In this document: positions 52,148 to 64,000 of the stretch, piece by piece | How the letters are laid out: each line of letters starts with the position of its first letter | Position numbering within the stretch: position 1 is the first letter of the stretch | Source of the DNA: Vicugna vicugna | Lineage: Eukaryota | Direction of reading: 5' to 3' | NCBI GenBank assembly: GCA_013265495.1 | Contig: MU058781.1 | Location: 5,459,050-5,523,049 of the forward strand | DNA: 64,000 nucleotides | Notes under the pieces: generated by a model | Told to the model about the DNA's origin: nothing | The model's database searches: none | Seen by the model: only the letters and a program-made list of their open reading frames with translations | Made by a program: the position numbers and the translations under genes

Positions 52148-52210
52148 TACACACGTGCGCACGCACTCACACACACACACACACACAAAACGATACACAG
52201 AACACACACA
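52148..52210. repeat. Imperfect (CA)n tract
   Basis: acacacgtgcgcacgcactcacacacacacacacacaca. Confidence 0.85.
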
Positions 52211-55200
52211 GAATTCAGGGCTAAATGCTAAATGGGAATCCACGACATCTAACAGGTCCACATTAAAGTATTATGGACCCCCTTCCCCCAACAGTAAGTA
52301 TATGTAGTTGGAAAGATTCTGGAGGCAGAAGACTGGGTGGAAGAGAGAAAGTCTGGAAGAGTTTGCTGAAGTGGAAAAGTAGATACTGTGTTGTAGGCAC
52401 CATATGTATGCTTTATGAAACCAACCTGCAGCTCCAATGAGACTGCATGAAGTAAATGGCATAGTTCAACCATTTCAGTAAAACTGGATTCCTATATATT
52501 TCTACTTTCATGGAAATACATTTAGGTTAATTCCCTTCTTCCCTGGTTGCCTGAGGGGTGCAGCTTTACATATCCTCAGGGATGGAATGACTCATTCTCA
52601 GAGATGTTTGACTAGGTCCTTTGGGAGAGATAACTTGTTTTCCTTAGAGAAAACCAGGTATAGATCTTCCAGTTCAGCCTGTAAGATTTTGATGTTGCCT
52701 TGTGTTATATGAAAGACTCACTTGCCTAGGAAAATTAGCTGAAAGCTTTTAAACATCTATTTTAAACTTCTATTTTAAACTGTCTTAAAATGGCAATCCT
52801 ATATCAACTAGTGTATTTTTTTCTTTCTCGTGCATGTATAATTTTTAAAGTCTCTAAAAAAGCATACATGAGGTGTGAAATGAGAACTAGCATGGGAGAA
52901 AATGGCCAACACAGAGGTCATTACCTTTGAGATTCACCCGTCTATCACTTTCTATGTCTTTCTCCCTGCTTTTATATTTTCCAGTCTCTTCTTGTCCTCC
53001 CCTATTTATAAATTTTCTATAAACCCAGGGAGTCCCTATCCTGCACTTCTCTCTCCCCCTGCTTTTTCCCTTAACAAAACCTATTATTTATTTCATTTCA
53101 GCTCTGCTATATTTGGAAAAGCTACAGCAGACTGATTCACTTTATTGACTCATAAATGGTTTACTCCATTATCCCCTGAGGGTGGGGGAAGGGAGGGAAC
53201 TTTGGGATCAGAGTTGTTACTTGTATAAGCAGAAAACAGCAGCCTGGCCAGCAAATCTCAGCAGAGGGCTTTGCACAGAGTAGGTGATCAAGAACCATCT
53301 GTGGAATGACACATTCAATCTGATCACTTTATTAGCGGTTATAGCTTGCCATGCATACAATTAATTTGGCTACAGCTATTGTTTTTTAGAATGAAGTTGG
53401 CTGAAATGAATAACAATTGTTCTGGTCTAGTTAACAAATAAGATTAACAAGTGAAGGCTGGTACTCAATGTAGGGTGTTCCCTGTCCTAATTCCTGAGGG
53501 GAACTGGAGTCATTATCTAAAGCCTGAAAGGGTCAAATCCTTCCCAGTACTTAGCTTAAGACTCAGTGAGAAGTGCTAGTTAGAGTCTTGCTGCTCACAC
53601 CTGCGGAGAAAGAGGTGCAGCTCTTCACAGCGTATCTAGGGCTGCGTTTTGGAACTGGTGTCCTGGGACAGGCTGACCTCTAGAAAGACAGCGTGTATAT
53701 TATATCTGCTCCTTTCCTAAATTGAAGTTGAAGAAGAAATGGGGACACAAGTGTTTGTGAACAACTATTGTCAACTGTTCTTTGAAAACCATTTTTTGGG
53801 GGAGCCTAAACACGCTTAGGAAGATATGCTTCTTAAGCATTTTTCCCTCCAAAATTAAAAAAAAAAAGTATATTCTGTAAGAAGTCTAACCTATATGCTT
53901 TTTCCTTTACTCATCAAACTGATGCCCAGCTAATGGGAGTTGATGACCAAAAATCTTTCCATCATAAACATGAAAATATATTTTATTCACTCAAAACAGA
54001 TCAAAACTTGAAGATGTTTGAATTTGGTTTGAAATATGTTGCCTTAAAAGTGAAATCTAAACTTTAAAAAAAAACATTTTCCAAGCCTTGCTCTCAATTT
54101 CATGCTTGGCTTTCAGAGCTCCTTGACATGCACAACACATTTTACTGAGAATCAGAGGGGGAAAGATAATACTGAAACCACAAGACAACAGTCAACCTCA
54201 TCCAAGTCCTGTTGATTAACTCTTTAAGATCCTATAGAGCAGTTTGAGGACTAGTTATTCAAGCTGGTCATAAAAAATGGTTGGAACCTTTACCACCACC
54301 TAGAGGTCATTGAGCTGAACTGCAAAAACAAGGAAAAAATATTGCTCAAGTGACTGTAAAGTCCTATGCATATTATGGTTTTTCCATTACCATATTGAAC
54401 TGATATAATATTAAATCCCTGGGAGAAACAGATGATTCTCAGAAAAGAGACAGTTTCCAACCTCTCAAACATAAAATAGATCAAGGAATGGGAAGACCAG
54501 CTGGAAAAAGAGGCTATTCCAAGAATATTCCTGACTCAAGTGTAAGTTGCCACTTCCTGTACCAGCAGCTACATTTTGAAGAACATATGTTCAACACCTG
54601 CTCCAGAGAGGCAGTCATTAATGCCATCATGTTGCTTCCTGGTAGAGGGTGATGTAAGAGGCAAACAGCAACAAAAACGTTGGGCTCCAACCTTTTTGCA
54701 AATGTAGAATCCTACCGCACGATTTTTTATATCCTAGAACCTAGACTCCTGGTTCATTCTTGATGTATTTAGACAAGATCAGAGGATGCAGATTTAATAT
54801 GTCTCCCATGATTTTATTCGATTGAAAAAAGGAGTCATTTTCTTTTAATGTATAGGAATCAAATCAAAAACCTCCCATCTGAGATATTTGAGAGAAAGAA
54901 AAGGGGGAAAAAAGAGAAAGAAAGGGTCTCTTTTTCCTCTACATTATACTTTAAAAGAAATATGTCTTCTGTGATTCAGCCTTTGCCTCTCAGTAAGGGT
55001 GTCAGTCCATTTTGCATCTTCACAACCATCAATTAAGACTAAGGTTGCTAGTGACTGAGACCATTTTAGGTCTACTCTGGGTTTGGGTGGGCTTCGTCTC
55101 TGTGGAATGCCAGCAAAAAGGCTGGTTCTGAGCCATTGGACACCAAGACCCTTTCCACAACCAAATAGACCTTCTGGTGGAGATTCTAGAATTGACTGCT

Positions 55201-55699
55201 TTCTGCATTTCTGCATGGGTGTTAGAACTTGTGGCCAAGGGAGCAGGTTGTTATCCACTTTGTAGGAAGCTCACCAATCCATAGCTACTTAAGCAATGAC
55301 CACTGGGATCCTCCCAGGAGACCAGGGAAGCCTGTGGATACCTCCCCTGCTCTCTGCCTCTTGCCCTTTCCACGTCACCAGTATTTCCCTGGAAGGAGCT
55401 TATACACATGTCGGGTGCCCTGGCTTTTGTGTAAGGAACGAGCTTTGGATTGCCAGCAGGGCTTGCATTTATGAATCCCACAGGACTGTAGCAAACAAAG
55501 AAGCAGTTCTTAACAAGCACAGGAGCACCACTCGCCATGGCTATCCACCTGGGCCAGTCCCAAAGAGAGCAAGCAAAACTCTCCATCTCCCTGGAAGGGG
55601 TCTAATTACATACTTTTCAAGCTGCTGTCTGAAAGTCTGAGTTCCAGTCAACCAGTATCTAGCTGATGACTGTGATTCTCTCTTTTGGGACACACACAA

Positions 55700-57160
55700 G
55701 CCTTGGCACGCCCTCAGTGAGTGGGAGGCACCAAGAACAAAGAAAGCATCTTGGATAATCACAAAGATTTGAAAGACAACCAAGAGCTTGGGCGAAGCTG
55801 ATTGACGAGGTTCACTTCTACATAAAACCAGTCTGTCAAGACTGGAAGAGGTAGCTGTTTTGTCTCATGCATAGAAGCCAATGCAGAGAGTTAAGGAAAG
55901 TAAAGAGAGGGATATGTTCCAAACCAAAAAAACAAGATAAAACTCCAGAAACGGACCTTAATTAAACAGATATCAATTGATCTACCTGATAGAGTGTTGA
56001 AAATAATGGTCATAAAGATGCTCACCATGGTCAAGAAAATAATGCATGAACAAAGTAAGACTTTCAACAAAGAGACAGAAAACATTAAAAAGTACCAAAT
56101 CACAGAGCTGAAGAATACAATAACTGAACCGGAAAATTCAATAGAGATGTTCAATAGCAAACTAAATCAAGAGGAAGAAAGGATTAGCAAACGCAAAGAC
56201 AGGGCAGTGGAATTCATCCAATCAGAGAAGCAAAAAGGAAAAAGAATAAAAAAGAGTGAAGAAAGCATGAGAGACTATGGGACACCATCAAGCAGACTAA
56301 TATATACGTTACAGGGGCCCCAGAAGGTGAAGAAAAAGAGAAAGGGGCAGAAAGCTTATTCAAAGAAAGAATGGCTGAAAACATCCCTACCTAGGGAAGA
56401 TAGATCCAGGAAGCTCAGAAGTTCTGAACAAGATGACTCCTAGCAGACCCACATCAAGACACATAATAATTTTCAAAAGTTAAAGACAAGGAGAGAATTT
56501 TTAAAACAAGAAAAAAGCAACTTGCTCCATATAAGTTCATAATACAATAGTACATAATATAAGTCTCATTAGACTATCAGCAGATTTTTCAGCAGAAACT
56601 TTACAGGCCAGAAGGGAGGGGGATGATATATTCAAAGTGTCAAAAGAAAAAACTGCTAACCAAGAATACACTATCAGGCAAGCTTGTCCTTCAGAGTTGA
56701 AGGAGAGACAAAGAGTTTTCCAGAAAAGCAAAAGCTGAAGGAGTTTAATCACCATTAGACGGGGCTTATGAGAACAATTAAAGGGAATTCTTCAAGCTGA
56801 AACAAAAAGATGCTAATTAGTAACAGGAAAACTTATCAAAGTCTATAACTCATTGATAGAGGTCAACGTATAGTTAAATTCTGACACTTTAATGTCATAT
56901 TGGTGGTGAATAAACTACTTACAACTCTAGTATGAAAGTTAGAAGACAAAAGTATTAACTTTAACTAGAACTAGAATTAGAATAATTTGTTGATGAATAT
57001 ACAGTGTAAAAAAGATGTAAACTGTGACATCAAAATCACAAGATAGAGGGCAGTGTATAAATGCAGAGCTTTGTCTATGTTCAAAATTAAGTTGTTATCA
57101 GCTTAAACAGTCTCTTACTAAAATAAGATGTTTTATTTTAAAATATAATAAAATAAATGA
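55700..57160 (+). mobile_element. Ancient L1 5' portion: end of 5' UTR, degenerate ORF1, inter-ORF region
   Basis: ORF 55994-56443 (KIMVIKML...ENIKKYQITELKNTITE.ENSIEMFNSKLNQEEERIS) is the ORF1p coiled coil; attagactatcagcagatttttcagcagaaactttacaggccaga encodes IRLSADFSAETLQAR; frameshifted. May extend left to ~55050. Confidence 0.88.
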
Positions 57161-57182
57161 CCATCGGAGGACCACATCATTA

Positions 57183-57202
57183 CAGCGCCACCTGGTGGTC
57201 CA
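57183..57202 (-). promoter_or_regulatory. CTCF consensus motif
   Basis: Reverse complement TGGACCACCAGGTGGCGCTG, near-perfect match to the CCACCAGGTGGCGC core. Confidence 0.65.
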
Positions 57203-58580
57203 GCCTCTTGCCCCAGCAGCCTGCTGTGAGTGGAGCTGAATGGAGCAATGCCTATGGATGGGCTCCTTGGACCATGAGGAAGGGGAGGGCAGGCAGACCT
57301 CCTGTGTCTTCTGGGAGCTGTGTGTGGTGTAATGAATGACTGCTCAACATCCAAAGCGATTTGAGGTTAGTGAGCAAAATTAACCAGTAGACTTCAAAAA
57401 CTAGTTTTATTCCCAATTGGAAGATTTCAAAATGAACTGCCTGCAGATGGTTTTCGTTGCATATAACTGGAAAGTGTGTGCTTTTGCCAGGTTTGCTGGC
57501 TTTTGTGACTGGGACGATGGTGGGGTATCGAATGGTCTACTGTGGTTAGAACGTCTCTCCTTTTATAGTAATGCTAGTGGCAGAGTTGGCTCCAGGGACC
57601 ACAGAGTATTCATCTTTCCACTCAAGAAAATTGCCTCCCACCCAATGTGCTTCTTTGCAACACCAGGACAATACAGTTCACTGAGACACTGCTAGTAATT
57701 AACTGCCTTGGGGCCCAGGATTCTCAGATGGGAGCTCAGCATGTTTCTTTCATTTACAGGAAAAACATTCAGACCTCCTTAGATGAAAGCAACCAGGGTT
57801 GGAAAGAATTAGTATACTTTAGAAATAAGCAATTTAGAAAAGCAACAGACAGTAGGTTGGAGGCATCTCTTTGAAATTAATCAAAGTGCGAATGGCGAGA
57901 AAAATGCGACAGGAGAGGTATGGGCGGGTTATATGTTTGTGACAAATCCTGGATAACAGAGAAAAAAGTGTCACATGGATGTCAGATAGGGTCAAATGAA
58001 TCTCAATTGGATGAGAATGGCATTGATTGTGTTGGAATCATATGAAGGTGAGGGTCTCTTGAGTGATACTTGGTGGTTCTAAGCCTAGACTAGGACAATA
58101 ACAGAAAGACCAGTCCTATGCAAAGAGAGATTCTCAGAGATGTCTCCTCAACCATGGGTAAGCCAAGACAAGCCCTGAAAGTCAATGAGTTTGACCGAGG
58201 ACAGGTTGCTTGTTGTAAGGGAAACTTTGCAGCCTATAAGGGAAGCCAGAAGGGAGAAAGTAGAAGCTAGTTGGGTCCCAAAGCATCCATTGCCTTGGTG
58301 CTAATTTCAAGAATAACTCTTATTAGAATAACCCTTTTTCATCCTTTAAGGGCTATCCAGACTGTGTGTTTGTCATTAAGAAAACTTCAATTCATAATCT
58401 ATTTAAATTACACTGTGAAAATTGAGGCCCTTGAGCTAAAACTTATATAGGCTTAGGTCTAGTAAAGTGGTTCCAAACAGAAATGCTTAAGAATTTTGAT
58501 TCCTTTTGGGGGGGTGGGGAGTGTAGGTTTGAGGGTAGGAGGAAGCAGGAATAAAAACGCTTGAAAAGTACCTGGGACTA

Positions 58581-58737
58581 GGAGGGGAGGGTATAGCTCA
58601 GTGGTAGAGCGTGTGCTCAGAGTGCATGAGGTCCTGGGTGCAATCCCCAGTACCTCAGTTAAAAAATAAATAAATAAGCAAATCTGATTACCTCCCCCCT
58701 TAAAATAAATAAGTAAAATAAATATCCTTAAAAAAAA
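58581..58737 (+). mobile_element. tRNA-derived SINE (Vic-1-like)
   Basis: ggggagggtatagctcagtggtagagcg...ggtgcaatccccagtacctc, A tail; TSD aaaagtacct(g/c)ggact on both sides. Confidence 0.88.
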
Positions 58738-61700
58738 AAAAGTACCTCGGACTTTATTCTGTGAAGACCCAGCATTCCTCCAGGGTTTCAAAGGGAGTGT
58801 TTGCTCTTCTATGATGATGGTGATTGGTGGTCAGGCTCATTACAGTTAATTATAACCATTTGGGAGATTGCTAGGCACAGCATAAAGCAATGGACTCATG
58901 GGCTCTGTGGGATAGCCTGCTCTAAGGAACATGGTGTTTTCATCTTATGCACTCCTAGTACTTCAAAATGCACCAGTTCCCAGGCACCCCTTTAAAACAT
59001 GCAATCAGAAATACTGCTCTACACACAGAAACAAAGACACACATTCTTATGTGAGAGATTCAGGGGAGCCCAGAGTGTCCTCTGACTGGGGATGTTGCTC
59101 CTGACTCTTGTCCTTTGACAATCACCGCTGAATACAGCTCTCTCTCCCAACCTTCTTCCTTCCTGTGGTTCTGTGTAATGAGGTCTAGCTTTCCTGTGGA
59201 ATTAAAGTTATGTTGTTTGGGCCTATGCTAATCTCATGTTCGTGAGATGGCCTGATCTTGAACTTGCTGGAGACAGTAACATCCCTGTGTAGGGGGATTT
59301 GCCTGGATAGACTGCAGTCTGTGTCTGCATGTTCCTACATTACCAAAAAGCCTGGATTCCCTGATGGTTTTTCCATTTTAGCATTAAACTACCCTTTCTA
59401 GAAGATCAGCCTCCCTCTTCACCTCCATACTACAGAAAGCACGAAGAGTTAACAATTCTTTAAGTTGAAAAACTGATAAGGAAGGACAGCTTGAAGGCTG
59501 TCCTCTCTTTCCTGCAGCTCAGAGTCTATATGCTTGATCAGTAATAGTGACCCAAGTTGCTCCTCTGGCAGGACCTTCCCAACAGGTCTGGACCCCTTCA
59601 GGTCAAAGAAAAGTATGGTCACCTTGTCCAGTTTCCCATTCTATAACTGATTTATAAAAATTAAAATTGAATTGAGTTGAATTGAAATGAATTGAATTGG
59701 AATGTTTAGAATGATGGCTGATTCCTGCTTGGGGAACAAACATTCATCTATGCAACAAAATTCTGCCCTTATAAAGCTCACGGCCAAACAAATGTCTTTC
59801 AGAAAAGAAGCCCAAGTGTACAATGGGGATGGAGACAGCATTTGAAAATCCAAAAAATATAGAGCCCAAACTTGCCAAGTAAGAATGACAGGGTCAACCT
59901 TATCACAGCAGTAGAGAGGGAACAGTATTGGAACCAATGAAAAACTACATCTATAATTTAGCAACTTGAAAAATTTTCAGTTTTATTTATGGAGGCTTAT
60001 GTTTCTGCACAAAGGATTTCAAAAAAGGGCCACATCAGAGGGAACTTGGGGAAATGCTTTAAAAATAATGAGGCTTTTGAAAGCAGAGTATGTATTGCAG
60101 AGTAGGCTGTTCATTTGGCTTTCGGGTGGAATCATTTCCAGAAACACAGACCATCTGAGTTCATCAAACAAAAGCTTGGGTTCCAGACATATGGACTTTG
60201 AGCAGATTTCATTACTCAATTCGGAACATAAACTTGCAAGGAAACAAACAAAGCTTTTGGCACATCTTCAAGCTTTCCAGGGACAGACCATTGGTGCTTA
60301 GAAATCTGGGGTAGGAAAAAGGGGTACTCTAGCTGGAAGTATTAAGTGTGCTATAACATCTCCCCTGTTAGCAGAGCAATGAGGTACCTCTCTAACCTCA
60401 ACCCCCCCCCAAACTTGATTTGGGGCCTTTGGCAACATTTTACTGAATCCTGGCACCATCAAAAAGCCCAAAGGGACAACTGCTCATTTCGTGCAGATGG
60501 CAGAAGGAAAGATCGGATGGGAGACCTGCTTTGATACTCTGCTGATTTTCTCCAACAAAATTTCCACAGTGCTTAAGACAACATGCTTTCCTTTTGCTTG
60601 GTGGAAGCAATGTCAGTTTCTGTGGCCTTGACATACTTATGTATTATGGAGAAGAGGGAAGGGTGTCCCTACGTTAATAATCTTAGAATATCTGAAAACT
60701 CAAAGGCTAAGGGCGTTTAGTTTGGGCAATCGTTCTGGCTCTCTATATAAAGTGTGAACTATCGGTAATACACTGCGCTCTATATAAGAACACTCAGACT
60801 CAATAAATAAGTTCAATAAATATTTGATAAAGAATGAATGAATGAACAAATGAGTAGTGAACTTTATGTGGTAGAAGCCAGTCAATATTATAAGTAATCA
60901 GGGGGTGTTTTGATCCATTCTCCTTTTTAAGGTCCATAGGTAACAAATTAAAGCTGAACTTGTCTTCAAAGCTTAGCTTGAAGGACATGGGTGAAATGAG
61001 TCAAAAATTAAAGCGCCAGGTCTAGGTCAGTCACAAAGTGACTAACACGTGCAGCCAGTATTACGTGTTGGCCACAGTTTGGCAACGAATGTGTTTGGAG
61101 TCTTCTGACAAATAGGGATGGTTTGATGGTTAGACTCCTGGGATCAAGAACCAGAAGAAGGAAAGCATGTTCCCTCTGCTCTAGGTGCCCAACAGATCTG
61201 ACTCAACATCGTGACTCTCCGTGTCCCCATTTCTTTACTGTCATGATCCCAGATACTGGAAAAGCCCTCACTTAAAACCTCTACCTGTTGAAATTCTTCC
61301 CATGCTTCACTGCCCAGCTGACTCTAACACTGCCTCCTTCATGAGTCCCTTCCAATCTGAAGTTACTTCTCCTTTTGAGCTTCTATCGTATCTTTGTATC
61401 TCAGGGTATCTTTGTGTCTCAGGTATTTCCTTGCACTGGTATTATCAGTGAGCTTGTCTTATCCGTCCTATGAAATTATAAGTTCCTGGGGAAAAAAATT
61501 GTGTGTGTGTATACATATATCTTAGCAATACATATTAATAATATGACTCAGGAATGTAATGGATACCAAGATAGCAATGGATGTTAATTCAACAAACTAA
61601 GCACCCGTGCCTGGCACAGGGAAAGACCCAGCTACAGGAAAGCACATTAAACTTTCCTCTAAGGATGTAATTTCTTAGACCCACTCATGTAATCAAGAGG

Positions 61701-63094
61701 TCGGCAGAGTCTCCCTGCCTCCTGGTGCCCAGAGATCTGATAACCTTGTGGAAACCCTAATTGTATGGCCTGAGATAATGCAAAGCCTTCCTCATCATTT
61801 CTGCAAATTCTTGCACCTTGTTTCCTGCTGTCCCTCAGCCTCAAAACTCTCACCTCCAGGCCTGCCGACTCCATTCTGCATCACCTTAAACAGCTAGCCG
61901 AGCTGTCTCTTCTCTCATTTCAGCAGGAAGTTCAACCCTGGCAAACGTCCCTGATGGTTTTGTAGACGCCATGCAGTTGCAGCACAGGGGCGTTCGGGCA
62001 AGTTCAGGCTCCTCTACATGCCCCCACCCCTCCTCTCACCATTCTCGAATTAAAAATAAATCCTTCCTCCCTTGCCTCATGCGGACAGCTATGCCCACAC
62101 CATGTCCCTTGGGATTCTCACCTGCTACCTCAGAGGGCTTGTTGAAGTATTTCTTCCCGATCTATACGGTGGTCTTATAAGAAGATTTCTCGAGAATATT
62201 TCCTCCATTCACTGCCTGCCAATGAGCCACTGTTTTGGCCCGTGGTATAAGAAGCCTGTCTGGGGCCTTCTGGTTTTCCATATTCCTAGGACCAGATTAA
62301 TCAATATTGTGTGCTTTGTTTGCTTTTTCCTGCCAGTCTTTGTTGTTTACAATTCTTAGTCCCTCGTTCTTATTTCATTTATTCATCCATTTTTGTGAGA
62401 TACATTTATCGAGGACCTACCATGTGCCAAGCATTTATTTTATTAAACACAAATATGACAAATTCCCTGTCTCCAAGAACATGGTTAAAACTGAGCCTGC
62501 CTTACCTATTTGCTCACCGAGTCCAGGGGAAATAGTTCTGGGTGTTTCCTCTTATACTAAAAAGTAACTACCCGGGTACCATCGGCCTACCCTTTTGGTA
62601 GACACTTGGGCAGGCTGTGGCTTCAGTGTCTTGGTTTAGTGGAAGAAATTTTTACAAAATTAAGCCTAAGCCTAACTGAATATTAGACCTAAAGAAATAC
62701 CTGAAACCCAGAATAACTAGTTGAAAGTTCAAGAATGGGCTAATTAATTCAATCCATTTGAAACAGATGAAGATACTCTGAAAATAGCCTTCCTTTTATG
62801 ACCTTTAAAATGTTCCCATTAAGCCCAAATATTTCTCATCCTTGAATAGAAATACTTTCCTTTAAATATCCTTGAAGTGTTTACCAACCTCTAGAGCTAA
62901 ACCCCTATGTACCTTCATTACTTATCAAAGAATGAACCAAATGTTTTGAAATGCTTGTAATATTTTTAAACTACTGTATCAGGATCCAACTTACTTTCTG
63001 ACTCACTGAATTCTAGAAAGAAGAGCACGAGCTGCTTTAAAAAATACGGTGAGTTTTGCTGGTGCTGTCAGGGAAAGAACGGAAGGGAATTAAC

Positions 63095-63280
63095 AGTCAC
63101 TAAGTGTTTCCCTTGTGTCGAGTGCTGGGCGAGGCACTTTGTATGCTGTCTCGTTTAATCCTGAGGGGAAATCTCCTTAAAGCAGATATTGCTGTGTAGT
63201 TGTCCTCACTTCAGAGATAAGGAGACCCGAGGTGAAGACTGAGTCACGTCCGTGACTCCAAAGCTCATTCTCTTTACTGG
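63095..63280. mobile_element. MIR fragment
   Basis: ggcactttgtatgctgtctcgtttaatcct...cttcagagataaggagacccgagg. Confidence 0.55.
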
Positions 63281-64000
63281 TGATTCGGTTTAAACAGGGG
63301 ATTTATTTGTCTCCTTACAGAATGAACTTTTCGAGAGTTAATTCATGAGCACTCCCACTCAAACTCGACTGCAGAATTCCAAAGATACTTCGTCTACAGA
63401 TTATTAAGCTACTCAGAATTTCATGGGTAGTTTTGTTTGCATGAGGATTACAGTTAAGACTCATTGGTAGGAGGAAAATACATTTCTTGTGTTTCCTTAG
63501 AGGGGTGAGGAACTGTGGACAGGGTCACTTAGAGTCCTCTATTATCTGACTCTTGTCACATTTTGTGTTAAATAACATCACTAACACAGCAGCTGATGAA
63601 ATCAATCACTTTGAAATTCAAAGAGATTCTAGAGGTAATCTAGTCCGGTATTTTCTCAAATGTTGGTCTGTTTAACACGGCCTTGCTTAACAAGCTGCGG
63701 GAGCTTGTCTGCCATGTTCCTAATTACCTCTATCAGGGCCCCTAATCACCAGAAGGCAGGTGCCGCGCTCATGTTTCCTTAGCTGTCTTATGTCTCAGGA
63801 TCGTTGAATTCGAGTTGCCTGTGGGATCGTCTTGGAAGAATTATATGGTGAACCATTTGTAAATACAATATTGGTATCAGGAGGGAATCAAAGCTTGCAT
63901 TGTTGGTTTTTTCCTTGTGCTTAGCTCAAATAGTTACTTTCAAATATTTGTGCTTAACCCACTTCTCTATAGGTTGATTATTAATTTTTGAGTTGATTAT

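Noticed and set aside
55994..56443. 149-aa ORF as a host gene or domesticated ORF1
   Set aside because: Degenerate L1 ORF1 that frameshifts part-way, with the downstream domains broken.
58584..58656. tRNA gene (also at the other three SINE heads)
   Set aside because: A/B-box-like head with a degenerate anticodon arm, followed by a shared SINE tail and poly-A, with TSDs on three copies, so a SINE.
26500..64000. A second protein-coding gene or CRISPR-like array downstream
   Set aside because: No phase-consistent exon set or regularly spaced repeats found; the short ORFs are repeat-derived or chance. A lncRNA cannot be excluded from sequence alone.

Overview
Mammalian nuclear DNA, most likely a camelid, judged from four copies of a tRNA-derived SINE matching the Vic-1 type and no recognisable Alu, B1, Bov-A/BovB, PRE-1 or CAN-SINE. 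The window holds one complete + strand protein-coding gene, MYLIP (IDOL, the FERM-RING E3 ubiquitin ligase that degrades LDLR). I assembled its 7 coding exons by hand: 6085-6171, 7258-7448, 19716-19901, 20620-20817, 21311-21475, 22372-22792 and 24144-24233. They give an intact 445-aa protein, with a CpG-island promoter upstream and a ~1.45 kb 3' UTR. The ~38 kb downstream is gene-free and rich in repeats (L1, L2, MIR, MaLR, MER21, MER20, MER2, MER3). Best second-look items: a GC-AG intron 5, a cluster of three LXRE-like DR4 elements at the start of intron 2, a preserved miR-4639-like hairpin at the end of intron 2, a duplicated branch-point region before exon 4, a GC/CpG-skewed exon 6, a perfect 113-bp tandem duplication and a strong CTCF motif. 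I found no evidence of a wholly new biological system. Repeat subfamily names and comparisons with human come from recall, not from a search.
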